Source of the DNA: an uncultured Bacteroidales bacterium
Lineage (GTDB): Bacteria; Bacillota_I; Bacilli_A; ML615J-28; CAG-698
Direction: 5' to 3'
Assembly: GCA_964411675.1 (NCBI GenBank)
Contig: CAYPLR010000001.1
Location: 14,559-78,558 of the forward strand
Length of the DNA: 64,000 nt
Shown: positions 1 to 8,094 of the stretch, in pieces
Layout of the letters: each line of letters opens with the position of its first letter
Numbering within the stretch: the first letter of the stretch is position 1
Program-made: the position numbers and the translations under genes
The notes under the pieces: generated by a model
What the model saw: the letters and a program-made list of their open reading frames with translations, nothing else
Databases searched by the model: none
Told to the model about the DNA's origin: nothing

Positions 1-98
1 CACTCTTTAGAGAATAGTTTTCCGATAAAAACATTGATTCAAAAGGCAAAAAGTAGTATAATATAACTAGTAATAATAAAGGAGAAATCAGTAATAGT

Positions 99-2330
99 AT
101 GAGTGAAAACAATTATATTAATGAACAATTATTAAAGCAAGTATCCGAACAACAAAAGGTTTCTATCGCTCAAATTCAAGCGGTTTTGAAACTAATTGAA
201 GAGGGAGGAACTGTACCTTTTATTGCTCGTTATCGTAAAGAGGTAACAGGTGGTCTTGATGAAGAGCAAATCAGAGCAATTTTCCAAGAGTGGGAATATG
301 GTCGTAAACTAGCAGATCGTAAAGAAGATATCATGCGTTTAATCGAAGAAAAAGGAAAACTTACTGAAGAATTAAAAGCATCGATTATCGAAGCAAATAA
401 ACTTTCTGAGTTGGAAGATATCTATCGTCCATTTAAAGAAAAGAAAAAAACACGGGCTACAGAAGCAAAACGACGCGGTTTGGAACCCCTTGCGAATTAT
501 TTATTAAGCTTTCCAGTTACAGGAGATGTTCTTGAAGAAGCGAAGAAGTATGTAACAGTGGATGCTACTGAAGAGATGGTAAAAGAAGGATTGGTTATAA
601 AAGATGAAGCAGATGCTTTACAAGGAGCCAAAGATATTATCGCTGAAATAGTAGCCGATGATGCAAAATTCCGTCGTTGGATTCGTAACTTCTTACAAAC
701 TAGAGGAGAACTAGTTAGTCAAGTCAAAGATCAAACAATCGATGAAAAACATGTTTATGAAATGTACTATGATTATCATGAACCTGTTAGTAATATTAAA
801 TTACATCGTGTATTAGCAATTAATCGGGGTGAATCAGAAAAAGTTTTAAAAGTTAGTATTTCTGAAGATACGGAAAGAGTTGTTAAGTTTTTAAATCGTC
901 GTGTTATTGAGAACGAAGAATCAATCAGTGTTCCTTATGTTCAAGAAGCAATTGACGATAGCTATCGTCGTTTAATTAAACCTTCGATTGAAAGAGAAAT
1001 CCGTGCTGAATTAAAAGATAAAGCAGAAGACCAAGCAATTAAGATATTTGCGGAAAATTTAAAGCGTTATTTATTGACACCACCAATGAAAGGAAAAGTT
1101 GTTTTGGGCGTTGACCCAGCCTATCGTACGGGATGTAAACTAGCCGTTGTTGATGCAACAGGAAAAGTATTAACGATTGATAAAATTTATCCAAACCAAA
1201 AAAATAAGGAAGAAGTTGTTTCCGATGAAAGAACACAACGAGAAGTGGATAAAATCAAAGCCTTGGTGAATCGATATACAGTAGAAGTAATTGCCATTGG
1301 AAATGGTACTGCGAGTCGAGAAACAGAAAGCTTTATTGCTGATACTTTAAAACAAATTAACAAAGAAGTATATTACATTATTGTCAATGAAGCAGGAGCA
1401 TCTATCTATTCTGCAAGCGACCTTGCTCGGGAAGAATTTCCTGATTATGCGGTTGAAGAACGATCTGCTGTTTCCATTGCTCGTAGATTACAAGATCCAT
1501 TAAGTGAACTAGTAAAAATAGATCCAAAATCGATTGGTGTAGGCCAATATCAATATGATGTAACTCAGTCAAAATTAAATGATTCCCTAGACTTTGTTGT
1601 TGAAACAGCAGTTAATAGTGTAGGTGTTAATATTAATAGTGCCTCTATTCCTTTATTACAAAGAGTATCAGGATTAAACTTAAAAACAGCCAAAACATTA
1701 GTTGAATATCGTGACCAAAATGGAGAGTTTAAAAATCGAGAAGAGATTAAAATCAAAGGAATTGGTCCTAAAACATTAGAACAAGCAATCGGCTTTTTGC
1801 GAATTCCAAATGGAAATGAAAAACTAGATATGACGAGTATCCATCCAGAGAGCTATGGGGTTGCTGAAGAAATTCTAACAAAACTAGGCTTTTCAAAGAA
1901 CGATATCGGTTCTATTGAATTACAAAACAAGATTGCTAGTTTGAATCGTAAAGAATTTATAAAAGAATTTAATGTAGGTGAATATACTTTTAATGATATC
2001 TTAGATGCATTCGTAGCTCCACTACGCGATCCTCGTGATAGTTTTGAAAAACCAATATTACGTAATGATGTATTACATCTAGAAGATTTAAAACCAGGAA
2101 TGGAATTACAAGGAACGGTTCGTAATGTGGTTGACTTTGGAGCCTTTGTTGATTGTGGTGTGAAAGAAGATGGCTTGGTTCACTTATCAAGAATGAGTAG
2201 AAAATTTATTAAGCATCCATTAGATAAAGTAAGCGTGGGTGATATTGTAAAAGTATGGGTTGTTTCTGTTGACTTATTAAAAGGAAGAGTTGAATTATCA
2301 ATGATTCCACCAATGGAGTTTGGGAAATAA
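99..2330 (+). CDS. tex: Tex-like transcription accessory protein (YqgF/RuvC-like, HhH and C-terminal S1 domains)
   Basis: 743 aa ORF with RBS and ATG. The N-terminal motif VPFIARYRKEVTGGLDE and the C-terminal S1 fold (GTVRNVVDFGAFVDCGVKEDGLVHLS) are typical of Tex. Confidence 0.9.
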   Translation: MSENNYINEQLLKQVSEQQKVSIAQIQAVLKLIEEGGTVPFIARYRKEVTGGLDEEQIRAIFQEWEYGRKLADRKEDIMRLIEEKGKLTEELKASIIEANKLSELEDIYRPFKEKKKTRATEAKRRGLEPLANYLLSFPVTGDVLEEAKKYVTVDATEEMVKEGLVIKDEADALQGAKDIIAEIVADDAKFRRWIRNFLQTRGELVSQVKDQTIDEKHVYEMYYDYHEPVSNIKLHRVLAINRGESEKVLKVSISEDTERVVKFLNRRVIENEESISVPYVQEAIDDSYRRLIKPSIEREIRAELKDKAEDQAIKIFAENLKRYLLTPPMKGKVVLGVDPAYRTGCKLAVVDATGKVLTIDKIYPNQKNKEEVVSDERTQREVDKIKALVNRYTVEVIAIGNGTASRETESFIADTLKQINKEVYYIIVNEAGASIYSASDLAREEFPDYAVEERSAVSIARRLQDPLSELVKIDPKSIGVGQYQYDVTQSKLNDSLDFVVETAVNSVGVNINSASIPLLQRVSGLNLKTAKTLVEYRDQNGEFKNREEIKIKGIGPKTLEQAIGFLRIPNGNEKLDMTSIHPESYGVAEEILTKLGFSKNDIGSIELQNKIASLNRKEFIKEFNVGEYTFNDILDAFVAPLRDPRDSFEKPILRNDVLHLEDLKPGMELQGTVRNVVDFGAFVDCGVKEDGLVHLSRMSRKFIKHPLDKVSVGDIVKVWVVSVDLLKGRVELSMIPPMEFGK

Positions 2331-2348
2331 TTACTTTTAGGAGGGGAC

Positions 2349-3098
2349 ATGCTACAAAGCCGAGCAATAAAATTAATTTCTGATTATGCATTAGCATCAA
2401 AATTAGTTTCAGGGCTTTTTCTGAGTGGTCCCTTAGTAAATAACCCTGAAGATGCTAGCAGTGATATTCATTTGCATTTGATTGTTGAAGAAAGCAACTA
2501 TGATATTGTTTGTAACCAACGAGAAAAAATTCTTGAATCTTACTATAGTATCTTATATTTAGAAGAAGATCCCAATACAAAGATTCTTCGCTGTGTTTAT
2601 GACAATGGAGTGATTCTCTATTTATATGTTGTCATTGAGAAAAATATTAAACAGCTATTGGCAGTAAAGGTTATCTTTGATAACACAAATTTGTTGACTA
2701 AAAAAGCCTTAGTTGAAAATAAAAAACAAGAAATTGCTCAAGTAATGAATGATTTTAGTTTTGTCCTAGTAAAATATTATCATTATCTTCGTGGTGATGA
2801 TTTCCTTTCTATGATTTATGAAGCAAGTAAACTAGCAATCATACTAAAGAAACTACTATCTTTACTAACAAAGGATATCAATACCATCGAGGAAGTGGAA
2901 AAATTAAAATATGTTGAAAACGATGAAAAACTTCATCAACAAGCAATAAAATATCTAGACATCAATCAATCATTGACGGCAGTAAAACTAATGATGAGCA
3001 TTTTTGATCGTATTATGAATCAAATGACAATCGAATTAGCTCAGATAGTAAATATTGATTTATATTTGTTTACCAAAGAACGAATTTGGAAATTGTAG
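2349..3098 (+). CDS. hypothetical protein, possible nucleotidyltransferase-fold protein
   Basis: 249 aa ORF tightly following tex with RBS aggagg. The N-terminal G-S...D-x-D-like segment (LSGPLVNNPEDASSDIHLHLIV) loosely resembles a minimal nucleotidyltransferase motif. No stronger match recognised. Confidence 0.45.
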   Translation: MLQSRAIKLISDYALASKLVSGLFLSGPLVNNPEDASSDIHLHLIVEESNYDIVCNQREKILESYYSILYLEEDPNTKILRCVYDNGVILYLYVVIEKNIKQLLAVKVIFDNTNLLTKKALVENKKQEIAQVMNDFSFVLVKYYHYLRGDDFLSMIYEASKLAIILKKLLSLLTKDINTIEEVEKLKYVENDEKLHQQAIKYLDINQSLTAVKLMMSIFDRIMNQMTIELAQIVNIDLYLFTKERIWKL

Positions 3099-3162
3099 CG
3101 ATTGATTGAAAAGGTCGATACTCCAAGTGTGACTAAACTAAGGAGATAAAAATCAAGAAAAT

Positions 3163-4377
3163 ATGGTAGAACAAAAGCAAATAAAACGCGGAATTATCAA
3201 TATTATATTTTTAGGATTGGTTAGTTTCTTTATTGATTTATCGACGGAAATGGTTTATCCATTAGTCGCTATTTATTTACAAACATTTGCATCGGTACCT
3301 GTTGTTGGTGTCATCGAAGGTTTTGCTGAAAGCGTAGCAGCACTGTTGAAAAGCTATTCTGGATATATTGGCGATAAATATCAAAATAAAAAGCGATTAG
3401 CTTTTTTAGGGTATTCAAGTGCCATTTTCTATAAGATTATTCTTTTCTTTTCAGGAAGTTGGATTGGGATCATCATTGCTCGTTTAACGGATCGGATTGG
3501 AAAAGGAATTAGGACAGCTCCCCGAGATGCTTTGGTTGCTGAATCTGGTGCTGAAGCATTAGGCAAATCGTTTGGCATGCATAAAATGCTTGATATGTTT
3601 GGTGCAGGATTAGGAATTTTTGTTGCCTATATTCTTTATCAACAATTAGTTAGCAATGATACTTTAGTTGACGTAGAAGCATTTAAAACTATTTTCTTGC
3701 TATCTATTATTCCAGCAGCAATTGGTTTAATCCTTTTATTATTTGTAAAAGAAAAAGGAAATCATCAAAAACAAGAAAATAGATTGTCACTTAAAAAGTT
3801 AAAAATCAATTCAAGAATTATTTGGTATTTAGCTGTTGTATTACTATTTAGTTTAGGAAACTCTAGCAATGCTTTCCTAATATTAAAAGCAACGAAAGCT
3901 GGTTATAGTACAAGTTCAGTGTTACTTCTTTATTTGGTATACCACATAGTATCTACTATTTTTGCTTTGCCTATGGGAAAATTATCAGATCGTATTGGCA
4001 GAAGAAAACTAGTTGTTCCTGGTTATTTCTTATATGGAGCTGTCTATATCGGATTTGCTTTCCTAACATCGAAGATTTCATTGTTGATTTTATTTGGTGT
4101 GTATGGATTATATCAAGCTATCATTAGTGGATCTGAAAAGGCATTTATTGTAGAATACGCTCCTAAAGAAGCAAAAGGTACGATTATTGGTTTATATGGA
4201 ACTTGCCAAGGTATTGGTTTACTATTTGCTTCATTATTAGCAGGAGGGTTATGGACTTGGTTTGGTATTTCTGCACCTTTTATTTTCGGAGGAGTTATCG
4301 GCTTTGCTTCTGCTATTCTAGCATCTATTGTTATGACGTATCGTTTCAAAAAAGTAAAAATAGAAGAAGGAAATTAA
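3163..4377 (+). CDS. MFS family transporter
   Basis: 404 aa with about 12 predicted TM helices and an MFS-like loop motif (GRLTDRIGKG / LSDRIGRRK) between TM2 and TM3 in both halves. Confidence 0.8.
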   Translation: MVEQKQIKRGIINIIFLGLVSFFIDLSTEMVYPLVAIYLQTFASVPVVGVIEGFAESVAALLKSYSGYIGDKYQNKKRLAFLGYSSAIFYKIILFFSGSWIGIIIARLTDRIGKGIRTAPRDALVAESGAEALGKSFGMHKMLDMFGAGLGIFVAYILYQQLVSNDTLVDVEAFKTIFLLSIIPAAIGLILLLFVKEKGNHQKQENRLSLKKLKINSRIIWYLAVVLLFSLGNSSNAFLILKATKAGYSTSSVLLLYLVYHIVSTIFALPMGKLSDRIGRRKLVVPGYFLYGAVYIGFAFLTSKISLLILFGVYGLYQAIISGSEKAFIVEYAPKEAKGTIIGLYGTCQGIGLLFASLLAGGLWTWFGISAPFIFGGVIGFASAILASIVMTYRFKKVKIEEGN

Positions 4378-4450
4378 AAAACAATAAATAATAGATATTA
4401 CAATGTTATGATATAGACCAAATAATGTTTGTAATCAAAACTCTAGTTTC

Positions 4451-4478
4451 TTGACAAAAAATAAAAAATGAGTATAAT
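4451..4478 (+). promoter_or_regulatory. sigma-A-type promoter upstream of acpP (TTGACA, 16 nt, TATAAT)
   Basis: TTGACA at 4451-4456 and TATAAT at 4473-4478, followed by RBS aggagga and ATG at 4505. Confidence 0.55.
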
Positions 4479-4504
4479 ACTTGTATACATAGGAGGATAT
4501 TATT

Positions 4505-4732
4505 ATGTACTTTGAAAAGGTAAAAGCCTTAATAGCGAAAGAATTATCAATTGATGAAAATAAAATTACCATTGATAGCAAGTTATCTGAAGATTTAGGT
4601 GCTGACTCACTTGATGCTGTTGAGTTAATCATGGCAATCGAGGATGAATTTAATGTCCAAGTTTCTGATGAAGCAGCTCAAAATATTCGTAAAGTCTCAG
4701 ATATCGTTGATTATCTTGAAAAAACAAAATAA
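4505..4732 (+). CDS. acpP: acyl carrier protein
   Basis: 75 aa with the phosphopantetheine-attachment motif LGADSLDAVELIMAIEDEF. It is an orphan gene, not next to fab genes. Confidence 0.9.
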   Translation: MYFEKVKALIAKELSIDENKITIDSKLSEDLGADSLDAVELIMAIEDEFNVQVSDEAAQNIRKVSDIVDYLEKTK

Positions 4733-4741
4733 AAGCATAAT

Positions 4742-4770
4742 AAAAGCTCAAATTTGAGCTTTTTTATTTT
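4742..4770 (+). terminator. rho-independent terminator after acpP
   Basis: Perfect palindrome aaaagctcaaa/tttgagctttt followed by a T-run. Confidence 0.8.
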
Positions 4771-4841
4771 ATACACTTATAAGCAAATTAACATAAAAAT
4801 TAATATAATTAATATAAATATTAAAAATATTAATTTAAGTA

Positions 4842-4870
4842 TTGACAATATTAATTTAATAATATATAAT
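4842..4870 (+). promoter_or_regulatory. consensus sigma-A promoter (TTGACA, 17 nt, TATAAT) for the 4893-6652 operon, flanked by 12-nt direct repeats
   Basis: TTGACA 4842-4847 and TATAAT 4865-4870. AATATTAATTTA is repeated at 4826-4837 and 4847-4858. Confidence 0.6.
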
Positions 4871-4892
4871 GAATTCGTAAATAGGTGATGAT

Positions 4893-5216
4893 ATGAGAAA
4901 AAGGATATTAAGAAAGATTGAAAAAAAGAAAATAACAGCTAAAGAGGGGTTTGATTTATTGTATGGGGAAAAAGCAAAACCAGTTAGATTTGCTAATTTG
5001 CATTTAAAAATAAAAGATCAACCGGGTGTTTCCCGTTTGGTTAACTTCCTATTTTTCTTTCCAATTCCCGTTCGTTTCATGATTAAAATTGCCATGCGAT
5101 ATATCAAAGAACAAGACATCCCTCAAGAATTAATTGACGCATTTCTTCAAAATGGTGGTGGTACAACCATATTTGTTGATGCTGATGATGTAAAAGTAGC
5201 GATTGAATTATTATAA
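4893..5216 (+). CDS. small protein with SHOCT-like N-terminal motif, paralogous to the 6242-6652 product
   Basis: 107 aa with RBS aggtga. The N-terminal KRILRKIEKKKITAKEGFDLL resembles the SHOCT-like/YvlB N-terminal motif. The C-terminal IFVDADDVKVAIEL matches IVNIDADGAKVLISIE of the 6242 ORF. Confidence 0.6.
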   Translation: MRKRILRKIEKKKITAKEGFDLLYGEKAKPVRFANLHLKIKDQPGVSRLVNFLFFFPIPVRFMIKIAMRYIKEQDIPQELIDAFLQNGGGTTIFVDADDVKVAIELL

Positions 5217-5232
5217 ATAAATGGAGGATAAT

Positions 5233-5397
5233 ATGAGAAGCAAGTTTTTTTCAAATGAGTATTTATTTAATCTACAATACGATCGTCGTAAATGTGCTTT
5301 AGATGACAGAATGGAAGATGAAATCGGATTTTTGGGAATTATTTATCAAATGTCACGATGGTATAAAATAAATAAAAGGACGCGAAAAAGCGAGTAA
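5233..5397 (+). CDS. possible small protein (54 aa) not in the ORF track
   Basis: ATG at 5233 preceded by GGAGGA (5223-5228). The ORF exactly fills the gap between flanking genes, and its stop is followed by the RBS of the DUF2089 gene. No recognisable motif. Confidence 0.3.
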   Translation: MRSKFFSNEYLFNLQYDRRKCALDDRMEDEIGFLGIIYQMSRWYKINKRTRKSE

Positions 5398-5410
5398 AGA
5401 GAGGTGAAGT

Positions 5411-5782
5411 ATGCGAAAAGAAGTAATTTCTAGATGCCCTGTTTGTGGCGATGAACTGACTATCTCACGACTACACTGTGAGAGCTGTGGAATTGAAATT
5501 AGTGGCGAATTTGCATTAACCAAATTAGCTAAACTATCTAAGGAACAATTGACATTTATTGAAATATTTTTAAAAAATCAAGGAAGTATCAAATCAGTTG
5601 AAAAAGATATGAATATTTCTTATCCAACAGTAAAAAAATTGTTAAATGAAATCCTTGCTGTATTAGGATATGATAAGCTAGAAGAAGATAAAGTTTCTAC
5701 TCAAAGACAAGAAATCTTAGATCGTCTAGCTAGTAAAGAGATATCGTTTGAAGAAGCAACTGCGTTGTTGAAGAAACTATAA
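5411..5782 (+). CDS. DUF2089-type zinc-ribbon plus HTH protein
   Basis: 123 aa with an N-terminal CPVCGDEL...CESCG zinc ribbon and a central HTH-like segment (NISYPTVKKLLNEI). The pattern matches the DUF2089 family. Confidence 0.7.
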   Translation: MRKEVISRCPVCGDELTISRLHCESCGIEISGEFALTKLAKLSKEQLTFIEIFLKNQGSIKSVEKDMNISYPTVKKLLNEILAVLGYDKLEEDKVSTQRQEILDRLASKEISFEEATALLKKL

Positions 5783-5796
5783 ATTAGGAGATTATT

Positions 5797-6249
5797 ATGG
5801 AAGAAAGAATGAAAATTTTAAAAATGTTAGAAGAGGGAATTATCACTGCTCAAGAAGCAGAAGAATTATTTAGAACCATGGAAGAAAAAAAGAAAAAAGA
5901 ATATGTTGAAGGGGAAATTTTCGAAGAAGAAATCTTTGAAAAAATCAACGATGAAAAGAAAATCAAAGAAAAATTAAAGAAAGCTTTAGATAAAATGCAT
6001 AAAGCATTAGAAAAAATTGAACAAGCAGAAATAAAAGCATCCCAAAAGATTATGGATAGCGAAGTACTAAAGAGAGTAAAAGAAGAACTTGAAAGTGCCA
6101 AAGAAGAAATTAAAAAAGCAATTGCCAACATTGAAGAAAAATTAAATCGTATTGGTGATAAGACAGTAAAAGAAAATTTTAAGGATTTCGGAAAACAAAT
6201 GGAAAATCTAGGAGAAAAAATGAAAGGATGGTTTGAAAAAGATGAATGA
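5797..6249 (+). CDS. K/E-rich coiled-coil protein with SHOCT-like N-terminus
   Basis: 150 aa. The N-terminal MEERMKILKMLEEGIITAQEAEELF is followed by highly charged heptad-like K/E repeats. RBS aggaga. Confidence 0.6.
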   Translation: MEERMKILKMLEEGIITAQEAEELFRTMEEKKKKEYVEGEIFEEEIFEKINDEKKIKEKLKKALDKMHKALEKIEQAEIKASQKIMDSEVLKRVKEELESAKEEIKKAIANIEEKLNRIGDKTVKENFKDFGKQMENLGEKMKGWFEKDE

Positions 6250-6652
6250 AGAAAGACTAAAAATATTAGAAATGTTAGAGAATGGAATCATTAATGCAGC
6301 AGAAGCGAATGAATTATTATCATCTGTTGACAAGCAAAAGCAATCAACGAATACCCAAGAAACTGTTATTGTAAAAGGTAGTATAGGAAAAAACAGTGGT
6401 AAGTTTTTAAAAATAAAAGTAGATGATGATGGAGAACGTGTTAATATTACAATACCAGTGGCTTTCTTAAAAAGCACATTAGGATCTAGTGGGGTGAATA
6501 AAATCATCAATAAATCATTAAATAATGTCGATGACGATGTAAAAGATAGCATTGATATTGATGCAATCATCGCTTGTATTGATAATGATTTCACGGGTGA
6601 AATTGTCAATATTGATGCTGATGGAGCAAAAGTTTTAATAAGCATAGAATAG
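6242..6652 (+). CDS. SHOCT-like N-terminal domain protein with beta-rich C-terminal region
   Basis: Track start 6233 is TTG. ATG at 6242 gives MNEERLKILEMLENGIINAAEANELL, which parallels the previous gene's N-terminus and overlaps its stop (ATGAATGA). Confidence 0.6.
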   Translation: MNEERLKILEMLENGIINAAEANELLSSVDKQKQSTNTQETVIVKGSIGKNSGKFLKIKVDDDGERVNITIPVAFLKSTLGSSGVNKIINKSLNNVDDDVKDSIDIDAIIACIDNDFTGEIVNIDADGAKVLISIE

Positions 6653-6665
6653 TTTTCTCTTCCCT

Positions 6666-6706
6666 AAATGGTTGGTAGTATCTACTAGCCATTTTTCATT
6701 TTTTTA
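6666..6706 (+). terminator. rho-independent terminator of the 4893-6652 operon
   Basis: 13-bp stem (aaatggttggtag / ctactagccattt, two G-U pairs) with loop tat and a T-run. Confidence 0.7.
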
Positions 6707-6902
6707 TAAGTGATAACACTATTGTGCTATTTATAAGGCAAAATTTACCGCTAGATGGCTTTTTGAGAGGCTTACTACTCATTAATAATCAAATAGCTTA
6801 CTATCAAGAGAGGCAAAATTTATTTATCTAATAAGAATTAAAATAACTTGAAGAAAAGTAAAAAAAAGTGTAAAATAGAATTAATAACAAGAGGAAAGTT
6901 TT

Positions 6903-8093
6903 ATGTTGAAATTGCTGGCTAAAATGTTTATTAGAAATTATGAAGACTATGGTGACAATAAAGTACGAGTTGCATATGGAAAATTAAGCAGCGCAGTCGG
7001 AATTGTTAGCAATGTTTTTTTGTGCGCTGCAAAGATCATAACAGGGATACTTACGGGTAGTATTGCGATTACCGCTGATGGAATTAATAACTTGTCGGAT
7101 GCTGGAAGCTCCGTTATTACTCTAATTGGATTTAAATTATCTAGTATGCCTGCTGATAATGAACATCCCTATGGACATCAAAGAATTGAATACATTACAG
7201 GACTAATTGTTTCTTTTATTATTCTAATAATAGGACTTTTATTAGCTAAATCTTCTATTGAAAAGATCATCACACCCACTTACGAAGAGCTAGAACTACC
7301 AATCCAATTAATTATGATAGGAATATTAGTCATCGCAATCTTTGTGAAGATGTGGCAGAGTATTTTTTACCGAAAAGTAGGGAAATTAATCTCTTCAACA
7401 ACCCTAATCGCAACATCAACAGATAGTCTAAATGATTGTATATCAACAGCGACAGTTCTCATTTCATTAATTTTAACTTTGTTCTTCCCAAAATTACTTC
7501 TTGATGGTTATATGGGAGTAGTTGTTTCTATTTTCATTATCATTAGCGGAATTAAACTCATCAAGGAAACTGTTTCTCCTTTAATCGGAGAAGCTCCAAC
7601 AAAAGAATTTATTGAAGAAGTCACAGAAAAAATATTAAACTATCCAGGTGTTTTAGGAATTCATGATTTAGTGATTCATTCTTATGGACCAGTTAAGACC
7701 TTTATTACCGTCCATGTTGAAGTGGATAGTAAAGTTAATATTATTAGTAGTCATGATATCATCGATAATATCGAACATGACTTTATGGATGAAAAAGGAA
7801 TTTGCTTGGTTATTCATATGGATCCTATTGATATTGATAATGAAAAGACAACAAGATTAAAAGAAGAAGTTACTAAAATAGTGACTAGTATTGATACAAA
7901 TCTACATTTCCACGATTTCCGTGTTGTTCATGGAGAAACACACACTAATATTTTGTTTGATCTTGTAGTACCAGTAAAATATCATATATCAGATGAAGAA
8001 TTAAAAACAGGTATTGAAGGAGAAGTCAAAAAGATTAATAAAACATATAATTTAATCATGACCATCGATCGTGATTTTGTGGGGAGGGACTAA
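6903..8093 (+). CDS. cation diffusion facilitator (CDF) family metal efflux transporter
   Basis: 396 aa with 6 N-terminal TM helices and a C-terminal cytoplasmic domain. Contains the CDF signature ADNEHPYGHQRIEYITGL. A long leader (about 200 nt) precedes it. Confidence 0.85.
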   Translation: MLKLLAKMFIRNYEDYGDNKVRVAYGKLSSAVGIVSNVFLCAAKIITGILTGSIAITADGINNLSDAGSSVITLIGFKLSSMPADNEHPYGHQRIEYITGLIVSFIILIIGLLLAKSSIEKIITPTYEELELPIQLIMIGILVIAIFVKMWQSIFYRKVGKLISSTTLIATSTDSLNDCISTATVLISLILTLFFPKLLLDGYMGVVVSIFIIISGIKLIKETVSPLIGEAPTKEFIEEVTEKILNYPGVLGIHDLVIHSYGPVKTFITVHVEVDSKVNIISSHDIIDNIEHDFMDEKGICLVIHMDPIDIDNEKTTRLKEEVTKIVTSIDTNLHFHDFRVVHGETHTNILFDLVVPVKYHISDEELKTGIEGEVKKINKTYNLIMTIDRDFVGRD

Positions 8094-8094
8094 A

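Noticed and set aside
1039-2400. Minus-strand ORFs of 60-70 aa inside tex (1039-1236, 1565-1756, 1990-2190, 2209-2400).
   Set aside because: They are fully embedded antisense to a well-supported conserved gene, have no RBS and give low-complexity translations. These are chance ORFs in AT-rich DNA.
5850-6645. Minus-strand ORFs 5850-6131 and 6208-6645, rich in Ser/Phe/Leu.
   Set aside because: They are antisense to the K/E-rich coding regions, and an AAG/GAA-rich sense strand automatically gives open TTC/CTT antisense frames. No start signals.
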